This document shows positions 23,691 to 36,544 of a stretch of 64,000 nucleotides of DNA, piece after piece. Position 1 is the first letter of the stretch; the number at the start of each line of letters is the position of its first letter. This stretch comes from Camelus ferus. Taxonomy: Eukaryota. The position numbers and the translations under genes are program-made. The notes beneath the pieces are model-generated. The model made no database searches. It was given only the letters and a program-made list of their open reading frames with translations, and had not been told where the DNA came from. Location of the stretch: positions 15,006,001 to 15,070,000 of the forward strand of contig NC_045696.1 in the NCBI RefSeq assembly GCF_009834535.1. The letters are read 5' to 3'.

Positions 23691-24879
23691 ACCAGGGAAG
23701 CAGGAAATGAGATTAAACAATCTGACCATGTACTGCACACTGTACATTCTCTGTGGGAGACAAACTGTATAAACTAAGAAAATATCCCTCTAGGAATGAA
23801 GGGCAAAAAACATCAATATTAAAGAATTTTATTTTTGATAAAAATATTTTCCCATTAATTTACTTGTAAGAGTCCACCATTAAAAATCCACCATAATTCA
23901 CAAGCAATAGTTAACTAATGGTTATATTTCTAAATATCTTATTGGTAGGCAAAGAGGCTACTGCCTAGTTCCTAGAGTTAGAACCTGGAACGGTTAGAAG
24001 TTTTAGAAAATTTTGGCAACATTACAGTGTAAAAATTTAATCAAATGTAACTCCATTTGTATGCATGCAAATCACCACTCAACAGATAAATTCGTTTTTA
24101 TCAACTATTAGAAAAAATCATTTTTTTATTTTTGCCAAAATTTAGAATATATTTAAAATAACATAATCTTATAATAAATTTTGTTACTTTTGAAGTCTAC
24201 TAGCTAATAAGAAACATATTTTCCATTGGTTTCAGAGAACAGCATTTTACTACCCATGAGGAAAAAAATGATCTCAGATATAATACAACAGTTTCCAAAA
24301 CCAAATTACATTCATATTTCTCAAAAAATGTATCTCTTCATCAAAGCAAAAATTAATTCAGTATATTTGCTTTAACTTGTTTTAAACCTGCTTTGAAATG
24401 TATGTTATTTCAAACATTTTCTAGGGCAATGTCTACAGATGACAATAGCCCATTTGGAACAGTTCATTTACCCTCAACTGTTGCCTTGAAATTCTCTTCA
24501 TCTGTGTGCCTTGTAGAAAAGACTGTCCCTCCAGATAGCTAACTGCTGTGAAGGGCAAAACACCCAGTTCCGTGAGATTTAAATCCGTGCATTTTTACTG
24601 CTTCTCTTTCATCTGTCTGCCTCGCTCCTACCAGAAAGTTTGGGGAAGAGGCATCCTGGAGTAAAAAGGTGAGTAGACCATAGGAATAGGGAGAAGAGAA
24701 GACAGTGAACAAATGAAACAGCATTTTATAGGTCTTCTAATTCAGGAATTGTATTCTATTCTCGAAATTCATCCAATTGTATAAGGTTTCCTTTAATGAG
24801 TCTAAACCCTGACATCCAGATCAGGGGTAAGTGCATAATTGTAGGATCTTCCTATTTCAGTGGAGGAAGGAAACTGCTC

Positions 24880-25100
24880 AGTCAGATGGACGTCAATTGG
24901 GCCGGAATTGTTCCGGAAAATCTGCTCACCTCCAGTGGAAAGGAAAATGGGCTGGTTGCTAAGCTACTGATAGGCTTTGCCCTTCCTCTGCTTAATGGGC
25001 AGTCACCGGGTCAAGGCACAAATGATGACGTTAAAGCTGCTGTGTCTTGCTGATTGAATGGTGACATAGGAAGTGGCTAAGTGTTTCCTGTAAATCAGCT
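24880..25100. promoter_or_regulatory. Candidate enhancer (CRE / ETS / E-box cluster)
   Basis: CAGATG 24883, GACGTCA 24889, CCGGAA-ttg-TTCCGG 24902-24916, TGACGT ~25026, AGGAAGTG 25068; several CpGs retained in unique DNA. Confidence 0.35.
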
Positions 25101-25814
25101 ATTACCCCTTGTCATTCTCTGACCTTCACTCCCAGGGTGAAGGGTGGGAACACAGTCAGTCCCTGGTGTGACGGGAGCCTGGAGCTGCAGGGAAGGAAGA
25201 CTTAGTAATGGCAAAATTAGCAAATATGAATAATACATTTGATACTAAAACTCTATAAAAATAATAATTTTAAAAATATTTAAAAGAGCTTGAAGTAAAA
25301 AGGTTGAGGACAGTGAAGCGCATACCAAATATGCTGCTGTTTACCGCTCACAATTGTCCATGTAGTTTTTCCTAATGGTAAAAGATTGTGCAGACTTATC
25401 CTTGGGTTTCTGCTCAAATTTTAATATGCCATCTCCCCCTGGGATTAGCCAGGCCATCCTCAGAAATAAATAGGCACAACCTCCAGGCACAGAACATGCA
25501 GCCCCCTGTGGTTAAATTCAAATGCCCGTGACTTTCATCGCTTGCCTCTGGCTCACTCACACACAGAAGCATGTTCCAGTGCTTAAGCTCTGGAAGCCAC
25601 TGCTTTCAAAGTTTAGACTTTGTCCTCAATATTATTAGCCCTGTTTTACCCTCAGGCGTTTAGTGAGTTATTGCTGATTTAAAAAGTTCTGGTTGGAGAA
25701 GGATGTAAGACATTCCATTTGCAGCTGAGAAGGCAGAGAGGGAAGACGCTATCTGCAGTTTCTGAGTAGTGCCCATTGTGCTGAGAGCTGGGCTACAGTA
25801 GGGACATCACTCCA

Positions 25815-26040
25815 ATCATCCATCTTCACATCACGTTCTCCTTGTATCTATGTTGTATCTCTTTCCTGTCCTTATAAAGACACCAGTCACGTTGGATTAC
25901 GGGCACAGTCTACTCCAATATGGCTTCATCTTGACTTATATCTGTGATGACCCTGTGTCCAAATGAGGTCACATCTGAGGTACTGGAGATTAGGGCTTCA
26001 ACATACCTTTTCTTAAGGAGAAACAAATTCACCCATAACA
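25815..26040 (-). mobile_element. MaLR LTR fragment (MLT1A/B/C-like)
   Basis: 'cttataaagacaccagtcacgttggatta...ccaaatgaggtcacatctgaggtactgg...attcacccataaca'. Confidence 0.85.
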
Positions 26041-26200
26041 GAATCTCAGTTTGAGCAAACAGCTCACTTTGCTACCAGGTCAGGAACAGCCTCAACTCGT
26101 GCCCAAATGTATTTGATAATGACCATGGATTAGTGAACATCCTGTTTGAACTCCACCCTTTTCTAAACAGAAGGTTAATTTTGGTTATCTAGGTGCTACT

Positions 26201-26458
26201 TTTTTATTGAAGAGTATTTGATTTACAATGTTGTGTTAGTTTCTGGTGTGCAGCATAGTGATTCAGTTATACATATGCATATATATATATATATATGTAT
26301 ATATAATATATATTCTTTTTCATTATAGGTTATTACAAGGTATTGAATATAATTCCCTGGGCTATACAGCAAGACCTTGTTGTATATCTGCTTTATATAT
26401 AATAGTTTACATGTGCTAATCCCAAACTCCTAATTAATCCCCCCACACCTTCCCTGCC
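26201..26458 (-). mobile_element. Short cetartiodactyl L1 3'UTR insertion with TSD
   Basis: 'tttttattgaa...tttacaatgttgtgttagtttctggtgtgcagcatagtgattcag'; TSD aggtgctactttt (26191) / aggtattactttt (26459). Confidence 0.9.
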
Positions 26459-26714
26459 AGGTATTACTTTTGCTTTGTGTATTGGCTTTGGGTCAGAAGA
26501 GGGGAGTTGGAAGTAGGTTGTGTTTTAGGTTTCAGGCTGCTGGCCATGCACAACCAAGCCAATGCTGATTCTGTCTGACATCACTGTGAAATGCTGGGCT
26601 TCACTCTGGTTGAGTAGGTGTGGAGAACGTATAAGTGATCCCCCATGGAGGACGGAGTGCTTATCCTATAACTGAAAAGAAAAGTATGATGAGTTTATAG
26701 GTAGCCCAAAGGGA

Positions 26715-27030
26715 TGATGGCAGAAATAGCTACCTCCAATGGCTATTTTCTTTCCTCTGATAGCAGTAAATTATTTATTCTTAGCTTGTCCCTTGACCAC
26801 ACAGAATAAAGGCCAAAATTTCCTGAGTTCCCTTGCAATTAAGTTATGGGCAGTTGAACATAATCAGAATTGATATGTGCAACTTTAGCACCGTATCCTT
26901 CAAGGGAGGAGGATTTTGTTCATTTTTTTCTTATTTTGTCCATCCTGTTGCTAGAAAAGTGGACTTGAATTTATGTAATCTTAGACTATATGGCAAGAGT
27001 ATCATTTTAAGATTAAACAAATAGAAAATA
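26715..27030 (+). mobile_element. MaLR LTR (MLT1J/K-like)
   Basis: 'tggcaga...ttcccttgcaattaag...gatatgtgcaacttt...catcctgttgctagaa'. Confidence 0.55.
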
Positions 27031-27813
27031 ATTCATCTAAGATGGATATATACCTTCAGGGCACACAGCAGGAGCATCAGGTGTAGCACACAACTGCTGT
27101 ATTTCTGGGTTTCAGCAGGAACTCTGTGACTTTGCTTCTGTGACTCGTGTGAACAAAGAACAAGGCTCTTGAACAGGCTTAGCAGACTTTCCGATCTCGT
27201 CCGTGACACAGTGGTGACTAGCACTGATTCTTGGAATGAATAAGCATCCCCAGAGTCCTTGGACTTGAGGTTATGGGAGAAGTAATCATGTTTCCGAAGA
27301 TTAGCGGGGTGGAAGTTCTGAAGTGTTTTGCATTAAGTATTAGAAGCTGTTACTTTCTTATGTATTATAATTTAGTACAATGGAGCCCTGCAATCACATG
27401 CTTCGTGTTGAGGCTTTGCACCTAAGATTTTTAGCTTGAGTTAAAGTTACCATTTAGGCTATAAAAAAGGCCAGTCAACCTTAGATTGGTGATTGATGTG
27501 AAAATAAGAGACTATTTCAAAGTATTAACTGTGCTTGAGGAGGGCAACTGACAGCCAAAATCAACAAAGGAAATTGGAGGAAAGTTGACAACAGGACTAT
27601 AGACAAGCCTAGGCTATCCTTAAGGGATATCCCCACCAAGTAGAAGACTAATAACTAGACAGAGCATGGGTTTTTAGGAGAATTATACAGCGAGAAAGCA
27701 TAAAAGGGGAAGTGTACCTGCAGAGGGCCACTTTCTATGGAAGGATTGGCAGTTGGATATGCTCTATGGAAATGCCACTTACAGCCACCACAGTCAGATG
27801 TAGACTAGGTGAA

Positions 27814-27817
<4 letters not shown>

Positions 27818-27850
<33 letters not shown>
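27818..27850 (+). repeat. Pure A33 tract
   Basis: Directly visible. Confidence 0.95.
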
Positions 27851-27854
<4 letters not shown>

Positions 27855-28981
27855 ATCTAAGATATTTATGTAATCATTTTAAATTCATCTATTGACCTTA
27901 TCTCATAAGAGGCCATTGCTGTCAGAAGAAGTGGGCTAGGGTGGGCAATATTTATCATTATTCTATATTCTTCATTTCATTCAGAAGTTCTCTATAAAGG
28001 GGACTGAGGTATACTAATATCACTTTTAAGTGATATATATGAAAAAGGTATGGTATTTTAAGGTTTTTTGTAAATTGCATTTATTTAAAATGAATTAGGG
28101 ATTCCTTTGCTGAGTTCATCTTTTAAACATTAAGATGCATTTCTAAGGGTCAAATTTAAAAGGACCCAGAAGAAAGACTCAGAGCTGCTGTACCTCTGTG
28201 TCTACTTTGCATTTCAGAAGATAGAGCTAGAATTCAGATTCTCATTAGACCTTTTTCCCTTAAGCACTTTGGTCTCAATTCATTTATTGAATTTATATAA
28301 TTATGATAAAACTTAGAAAATCTATATTTGCAGTCTCATTTAAAAATGTTTACTGCTTTTGCTATTTAATCACCAAATCACTAATTTACCAGCTTCATAA
28401 TTGTACAAGGATACACATTAAATATTTACTATATTTAGACAACTATGCTCAGTTCTTTAAATGAATAATATAACTTAATTATTGGAATCACTATATGAAG
28501 TAAATGGTATCACTAGTCCATTATTCACATGAAAAAATTTGACAGAGACCTGGGATTTATCGATCCTAAATCAGATGACACAATTTTATCCTCAGTTTTA
28601 AAGTTTAATAAAAGTATAAAACCTCCTTAACCAAGCAAAAGACATGTAACTTGCAAACAATTTCAACAGCTTATAACATATTTAAACATCATACTTCAAA
28701 TTATAAACAAAGATAAATAAGGTACAACTTCCTTAGATCATTATCAGAATTATGAGCACTTTCAATGCTTCTAATTTATTCATCTTGACTTTGGGGTCAT
28801 TTATTTTAAAATAATATTTTGCATGTTTAAAATTATGAAATGTTGGCAAGTATAGAACCTAAATTACTTTCCTTGAGCTCACGGTTGCCTTTGCTGTAAG
28901 AGTAACTGTTTATTCTAACATAACTTTAAAGTCTAAAAAGAAAATTTTCCTGAACAGATTCTAACTAAAGAGGAAGTCATC

Positions 28982-29002
28982 AAAAAAAAAAAAAAAAAAA
29001 AA
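28982..29002 (+). repeat. A21 tract
   Basis: Directly visible. Confidence 0.9.
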
Positions 29003-30339
29003 GACAAGAAATAGTGTCAATATGTAAAAACATCTACATTCATAGAATACTGTCATTTAGCCATTCAATTAATCTTTCAGTCAACCAACCATTATTGAGC
29101 ACCTGAAAAGCAGGTTCAGTGCTGGACCTTGGAATTAGAATTATAGTTTATAAATTCTTTCAAATAATATAATAAAAATTATGACCCTCGTTGGAGTATT
29201 GATACAATGCAGTAAACAGTTGTAAGTGGTATTAGTCTAGAAGACCTAGGCAATTCTCCAAACATGCCTTCCCCTCTCTCCTTCCCTGAACACTTAAGGA
29301 TGTACATTCATGGGAACATTAGCAAATGATGTCATGTTAATTGAGTCACAAAAACATCCCATGTAAAACAACTCTAGAAACTGGATAGCTGTTCTTCTTG
29401 GTCCTAAGAACCTAGTAGTGCCTCTTTCTTCCCTGTTCATAGTCACAATGCTACCGTTTGCAATCTCCCATGAAAGGAGCATGGAACTTGGAAAGTGAGA
29501 TAAGAGGAGATGGCTTTCTTGGGAAGGAGTTGCTGGCTTGTCTGGAATAGACTCTGACCTCATGTTCAGGTCCAGAAGTCTGAACAATCATATCAGCATC
29601 TCTACTCTGCAGAAGGAGGGGCTGAGAAAGGGGAAGGGAGAGGAGAAGGGAAATCTCCAGGCTGTGGGTTCTCTTCCCAGCACTCCTTGAGCCAGTTGGT
29701 AAGTAAACCTAATGTAACTTGGCTGGAAGGGAGAGCACAGATGATGGCTGGTAGAAGTTACAGAAGAGAAATGATACTGAGTTTTGAGGTTAGATATAAG
29801 CTTTGATAAAGCATTTGTGGGTTGGGAGGAGGAAAGTGGCAGGTAGAAGGGGACCTAATTTTCCATGATTAGGTCATAAAATGCAAAATATGCACACTTA
29901 AGCTAGGGACAGACCATCAACAACTTTATACTCCAGGTGAAGAGTTTCATGCATCTGATAGTGTTGTAAATGCTGAGGGAATTTAAGAACATAAATGATA
30001 TAAGTCAAATTACTTTTATTCCATTATATTTTATATCTACATGTGCACTTATTCCAAAAACACTTTCTCATATGAAATTATTTCTAAAATGAATTTCAGT
30101 TTATAATGATTCTGAAGAAATTCCTTCAAAAACTTTGTTAGTCACAAAAAAGTATCATTTTCAACCTTGATATTTTTCACCTATCCAGCATGATGGTGAA
30201 GTTTATTTACATTAGAAATTCCAAGTGAGTGTGGGTCTTTCAAAATTCCAGTTTTTAAAAATATTGTTTATCACCCCTGGAAATATTCAAACTAATTTTT
30301 CCTTTCCCTCCTTTCTTCCTTCCATCTTTTTCCTCTTGT

Positions 30340-32460
30340 CCATCCATCTTCTAATCAATATTTCTGAGCATTTATTTTGTATGCAATTGGGAAGCTCTGG
30401 TAAAAAGATAAGTCCTCAATCTGTCAGATTTTACAGATAGGAAATAAGAAGCTAAACAAATAAATAAGATAAATATGGAAAATAATGAGAATGATGAAGG
30501 CAGTAAAAGAGAGTGATAAGATAGCAGGTGGCTAGAAGAAGAATGCTACTGTGGAAATCTAGGCCAGAGAGTAGATAATATTTAAACTGAGACAGAGAGT
30601 GGAAAGGAAGTAATCATGGAGACTGCCAGGTGAAGGGCACCCCAGGTGGAGGGAGCAGCACTTGCAAAGTTCCTGAGGCAGAAATGTTACTATGTGAGAA
30701 CATCACAGGAAAGCCATCATGACTGAGATTGTGTGATCGAAGGAGCATGGTAAGAAATTCATTTTGAGGATAGAAGATGGCCACGCTAAGGAATTTGGAG
30801 TTTATTCAAAATTTAATTCGAAGTCACTGCAATATTTTGAACTTTGGAGTTATGTGATCAGAATTACACTTTTAGAACAATATTTCACAGGCTGTGCTGA
30901 CTATAAACTTGTAAAAGGGTAAGAGTCAAATCATGCAAGTCATTTTGGAAGCTGTTGGAGAAATCCATGTTAAAAATGTTTGCTAGGACTAAGGAGATAA
31001 CTGAGAAAGTGATGAGAATTGTGGAAGTTTGAGGTATTTTGAAGGTAGTTCAAATAAAACATACTGATGGATCAGATGTGAAGAGATATGGAACAACTGA
31101 GCATAATTTTGTAGCTTAAATAATTCAATGAATAGTGTAACTTTTTATTTTATTTTATTTTATTTTATTTTATTTTATTTTATTTTATTTACTTCTCTAA
31201 AAGCAATTTGAAGGCTCTTTATTAATCTAAGAAATTATTATCATAAAGTACAAACTTTTCATTTAAATGAGGAAGAATGAGGACCAGCAGGTTTGGGAAG
31301 GGAAAGAAGTGTTATCATTTAATTATGTTAAGTTTGAAAAGTCAAATAGATGGATAAGTGCACCTCTGAAATATACAAATGAATATGTAAGTCTTGAGAT
31401 TGTTAAGTGGAAAAGAGAAATTTGAAATCTGTAAAGCCATGAAACTGTATGAGATTAGTTAGGGAGAGCTTTTAGCTGGAGAATAAAAATTCTGTGCATG
31501 AAGGAACGTCATCTCTTAAGGCTCAGGAGAAAGAATCTCACAGAAGAGCCTGGGAAAGAGAAACAAGTGACAGAAGAAAAACCAGGAGGCTGAGATCTTT
31601 TGAAAGCCAAATGTAAAAAGTTTTCAAGAAGGAAGTGATAAATACTATCAAATCCTATTGGCTGGGAGAAGGAAATGGAAATTATGAGCATTTTTAGTAG
31701 AATGGACGTTTTCAACAACAATAGCATTTTCCATAGCATAGTGGGAATGAAAGTCTTAATGGAAACCCTAAAGAAAACAGAAATGGAGAAAGTCAAATAT
31801 TGCTCATTTCTTTTGAAGATTTTTACTATAAGGATAAGCGGAGGAGTGGGGTAATAGATGGAGAGAGGTGTGGAACCCAGGAAATGTTTGCTGTTGTTTG
31901 TGGTTACTGTTGCTTTTGTTTGCCTGTTATTTTTATTTATTTCTTTTCCTTTTCTTTTTCTAAAGCACCCAAACTGACCTTTAATAATAATACATTTTAT
32001 AGGAAACACAAAAATGCAATTCAAGAAAAGTTACTTAGAGTAAAAATCGTAAAAGCCACCAGAAAAAACAAGTCACTTTCTGAAATAAAAATTAATGCCC
32101 AATACATGGCCTTGTTCCCATGTAAAAATTAGACTATAGCTTTTATGAACTGCTAAAAATAGCATTTATTTCCATAGTGTGTATTTCAGGTGACCAAATG
32201 CTTTGTAAATTTTTTTTATTTTTAATATGGGAGAAATTATGGACTGTCTGTAGGCTGTTAGAAATCATCCAACCTACAGAAAAACTTGGTAATGGAAGAG
32301 AAGGAAGAGATCATTGCAGAAGTAAAGTCCTCGAATAGATGAAAGAGTATGAGACACAAGGAAGCAAGAGAGAAGAGGGAAGTTGGCCTGAGATTAGAAC
32401 AGGAAAATTATTTTATTTTAAAAGGAGGAAAGGCAATGAATGCGGGAACAGAAATATACA
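30340..32460 (-). mobile_element. Long degraded LINE-2 with interruptions
   Basis: Antisense L2 3' end 'atcaatatttctgagcattta'; purine-rich body with 'gagggagcagcacttgcaaagttcctgaggcag', 'taaggaatttggagtttatt', 'atgttaagtttgaaaagtc', 'gaagccaaatg...tttcaagaagg'. Confidence 0.75.
31142..31191. repeat. (TTTTA)n microsatellite
   Basis: About 10 units, directly visible. Confidence 0.95.
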
Positions 32461-32469
32461 GGTAATCAA

Positions 32470-33065
32470 CATGATACGTTGCATTTAGCAGGACAGTATT
32501 ATTTCTGTGGTATCCGTGGTACAGACGCATAACTTTTATCTAGTCAAAAGGAAACATCGAACAAACACAAGTTGAGGGACATTATATAAAATGACTAACC
32601 TTAATTCCTCCAAACACGACAATATCATGAGACATAACAAGGCTGAAGAATGTTTAAGATTACAGGTGAATTAAAGAATTATGACGAAAAAAAGTGTGAC
32701 CCTGAATTGACTCATGGACTAGAGAGAAATTATCTACAGTGCAGTATTGTGACAAATTGGGAAATCAGAACATGGACTGCATATTAATCAATTGCATATA
32801 TTCGGCATTAAATTTCATGATTTTTGTAATTTTATTTTCTTATGCAAGAAGATATCCCTGTCCTTAGAAAATAAACCTGGCAGTATATATAGGTAAATGT
32901 ATATGATGCGTGCAAACTCTCAAATGGTTCAGAAAATAAAAATCTTGTGTGTGTGCATGCTGTGCACATATGTAGAGACAGAGAAAAGTAAGAGAGAGAG
33001 AGATGGGGAGAATGATAAGGGAATGTGGCAAATATTAACAATTAGTAAATCTGGCTGCAGGGTAG
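32470..33065 (+). mobile_element. L1MC4/5-like 3'UTR fragment
   Basis: 'aggaaacatc...aagttgagggacatt', 'ctctcaaatggttcagaaaa', 'aatgtggcaaatattaacaattagtaaatctgg'. Confidence 0.75.
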
Positions 33066-33069
33066 GTAG

Positions 33070-33234
33070 TAGGGTCGCTAGATAAAATTCAGAGTACTCA
33101 GTTAAATTGGAATTTCAAACAAAAAATATTTTTCATTATAAATGTCCTAAATATTGCAGTGACACACTTACTCTAAATAAATGATTTGTTGTTTATCTGA
33201 AAAAAATTTATAGGTAATCAAAGTAGGCAACCTA
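33070..33234. mobile_element. MER53-like palindromic hAT MITE
   Basis: TIRs tagggtcgc...ggcaaccta; internal 'cagttaaattggaatttca' and 'ttgtttatctgaaa'. Confidence 0.8.
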
Positions 33235-33249
33235 GTTTTCCAAGTCATG

Positions 33250-33500
33250 GCCAGAGAAATAGTCTGCTTCACAGAGGAAAGAATAAAGCAGAGACAGAGA
33301 GAAAGAGAGATGAGAGATGAAAAGAGAGAAGATTTTGGATTCCCTGCTGCTTTGATTCCTGCTTCCAGTCCACTCCTGAGCCCCAGCTACATTCTGATCC
33401 CTGGATGGCATCCCTGTGTTTTATGCATATTCCCTTTCGTGGTTAAACAAGCTCTAGGGAGTGTCTGTTGCTTGCAATCAAAAAAGTTTTAACTGATACA
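33250..33500 (+). mobile_element. ERVL/MaLR LTR 3' part (LTR33-like)
   Basis: Ends 'gtctgttgcttgcaatcaaaaaagttttaactgataca'. Confidence 0.55.
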
Positions 33501-36347
33501 AATGGTGTTTTCCACTCTGTGGATTTGGTTACTGGGAAATTCCAAGTTCCTCACCTCTCCACAAGATCCCGCAATGGTTCTCACTTACCCTGCAGCGGGG
33601 GTGGGGTACACACATAATTGTATGTCTAGATTTCCTTCTTGAGAGTGGTTACTTGACAATATTTCCTATAACTTGTCCAAATATTGATTTTCTTTATGGT
33701 ATGCACATTTAAATTATGTGTGTTGGTGTTGTCCACAAGCCAATTTCCGTAAAGCCTCTTTTTTATTTCATTTGATTTGTTTCCATGTTTTAGAAGTGCA
33801 TACTGACCTAATTATAGAAATATGACCAGCAGGGGCAATGGCAATCCAGCAAGCCTATAGTTCTTAAACTATTCAGTGATCCTAAGAATTTCCTTTCATT
33901 TCTAATCACACCAGTGAGATTTTCTTGGCCTTGAATCTGTGAGAACTGGGTAGAATTTTGGCCACTGAAATGTCAGCACAATGCATTTTTGTAAATCATT
34001 AAGTTCCTTGAAATTCTTCCACTTGAAAGTAAAGAGGCCCTGTTTAAGCATGAACAATGCAAAGTGAATAAACATGGGGTAGGTTAGCAGTACACACTCT
34101 AAAATTAATGGATTTTCCCCCCACATCCTTAGAGGGAGGAACAGTAAAATCAGGTAAAATGACTTCTAGATAATTTACTGATGAAAACCCTCCTTGAATC
34201 AGTTTGCTCTGGTGTATCAGTCCTTGTTTTGTCTTCTTGGCCAGTTTTCACTGAAAAAGGGGACACTTTATTTTTTCCACATATTTGCATCCCCAAGGAA
34301 CAGCCTCCAGTTCAACTATCTGACATGCCTTAAAAAGCACTTTAGGGCTAGAATACTGATGACAAAGGAAATCTCAGTTCATATCTGGACCCTAAATATG
34401 CATCCATTAAGTTAGCACTCGTGACTATTTTTGGCAAGTAATTTGTTAGGTTCGCCTGAAAAAATGATGGATGTGGAAAGTAAGAGGAAATGAGAGGTCA
34501 TGTGCAACAAGTTTAAAAATGTTTGTTTTTTCCCCTTCTCCCAAGAGGTTTTGGGGAATATGAAAATTCTTTTGGAGCAAGGCCACAGGATAAGATTCAA
34601 CCTAGGGTCTATGAGAGAACACCTAACCTCAGCTTCTGAGAGAGTGGTTTGTATTCCAGCCTAAATCAATACAACACATAGTAAGGACCTCTATTAACTC
34701 TGTTTCTAACTCTTAGGGCCCCTTCACTTTGTAGTCTGTTTAGTGAAATCCTCTATCAGAAGCTGAAGAAGAGAAAGGAATTGATTTCAAGTTAGTAAAT
34801 GTCAGTTTGAATTCACAGGTTTTATTAAAATATCATTGTGCCTAATCTATATGTTTTAGCAGCTGCAGTTTCTGGTGGTGGCTAAAATTAATCCAAGCCA
34901 AGTTGTTTATTCCCTTTCTTTAGGCAAATAATCTGGAACTTCATCAAATTAATACACAGAAGGTTTTTTTTTTCCCCCTCCATCACCACAATGTTGATGA
35001 CAGGTTATATGTGTCATAAATGCCACACTGCAGTCATTTTTTGTCAAGCAGGTGCAGCACAGTCCTGCATCTTTCCTGTCTCTGCATTCTGACCTTGATT
35101 ACTCAATGAGTGTGTTGAAAGAAAAGCTCCCTCCAAGGTAGATTTAGTGTTATTTTAAATGGAAGGATATAGATGTCATACAGGGAAATATTTTAAAGAA
35201 AATTACAACACAGACAACATAACACTGACAAATCATAGGCACTCAATAGATATTTGTGTAATAAATAAAGAGAAAGAAACATACAAATTGGTAGAATGTA
35301 TAAAATAGTCCAAACAGAAATTCCTAATAATTCTTAAAAAATAAACAAGGGCAAACAGAATCTGAATTTACTCATGGAGTTTGGTAGGAATGACTCAGTT
35401 CTATGATGTGTATCACAATTTCCTGTGTTATTATGAAGGGCAAAGTAGAACCATCATTATTTATCTTATTTACTTCCACTCACTATGGTAAGAAATTTAA
35501 ATTTAAATATTTTGGATTTGGGTTGAGTCAGCTATCCTTTTACTAAGGCTGGAAAGTTATGAAGCAAGATGTCTAGTTACTAAAAGCACAAAATTAAATT
35601 TGGGAGCTTATCTTAAATTTCTCCCAATTCCTTGAAGTTTATTTCCTCAAATGGCCCAATATTTAAAGAAAATATGAAAAATGACATACTACGTAGTTAC
35701 ATAGAGAGAGATTGCACACATTTGTATATGTATATGCACATACACAATATATGTCATACAGCCACCTTATGTAATATACAAAGCATATATATAATATATG
35801 TAATAAAGAAATATAACACTTAGTGTGTAATAATGTAATACAATGAGATATATATATACATTTTCTTTGGTTGGTTTCATACTAACTTCAATGTCAATAG
35901 TCAGAGGAAATTCTGGTGGTTAGTTTCCTGAACTGGGAGGAAAATAAGTAAATATAGGAAATCAAATGAAACAATGGACATTTCTGAAAACCCAATGTGT
36001 GATTTGGAAGATTCAATTTCAGAATTGTCTCAGAACACAAGGTCACAATACAAATACAAAACAAAACAAAAAAAGCAATATTATGAGTAACAAGATAAGA
36101 AGTACAGGAAATTTCTAAGAGACTTCATGTGGAAATAATTGGAGGTCCAGAAAAAGCAAAATGAGCACAAGAATACAAATTAATAATCAAATACACATTT
36201 TAAACCCCTAAACTGAAGACAGACTGAGATTTTAGAACAAAAGAACTCACTGAAGACCAGAAATAATTAATCAAACAAACAGACAGGCGTTTTTATGTAA
36301 GCTAGTGACATTGTTGATCTCCATGGATTAAGAAGATATTTTCAGAT

Positions 36348-36544
36348 GTTAGCCACTATATATAAAAATAGATTTAAAAAAACAAATGTCTTTTGTATAA
36401 CCAGGGAACTATATATTCAATATCTTGTAATAACCTTTAATGAGAAACAATATATGTATATATATGCATGACTGGGACATTGTGCTGTACACCAGAAATT
36501 GACACATTGTAACTGACTCTACTTCAATTAAAAAAAAAGAAAAA
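36348..36544 (+). mobile_element. Young camelid-type L1 3' tail nested in the old L1, with TSD
   Basis: 'tgcatgactgggacattgtgctgtacaccagaaattgacacattgtaactgac...caattaaaaaaaaa'; TSD aagaagatattttcagat (36330-36347) / aagaagatatttcagat (36545-36561). Confidence 0.92.

Noticed and set aside
31509..32132. Longest ORFs (171 aa minus, 110 aa plus)
   Set aside because: They lie in L2 and low-complexity sequence, with biased composition and no recognisable domain
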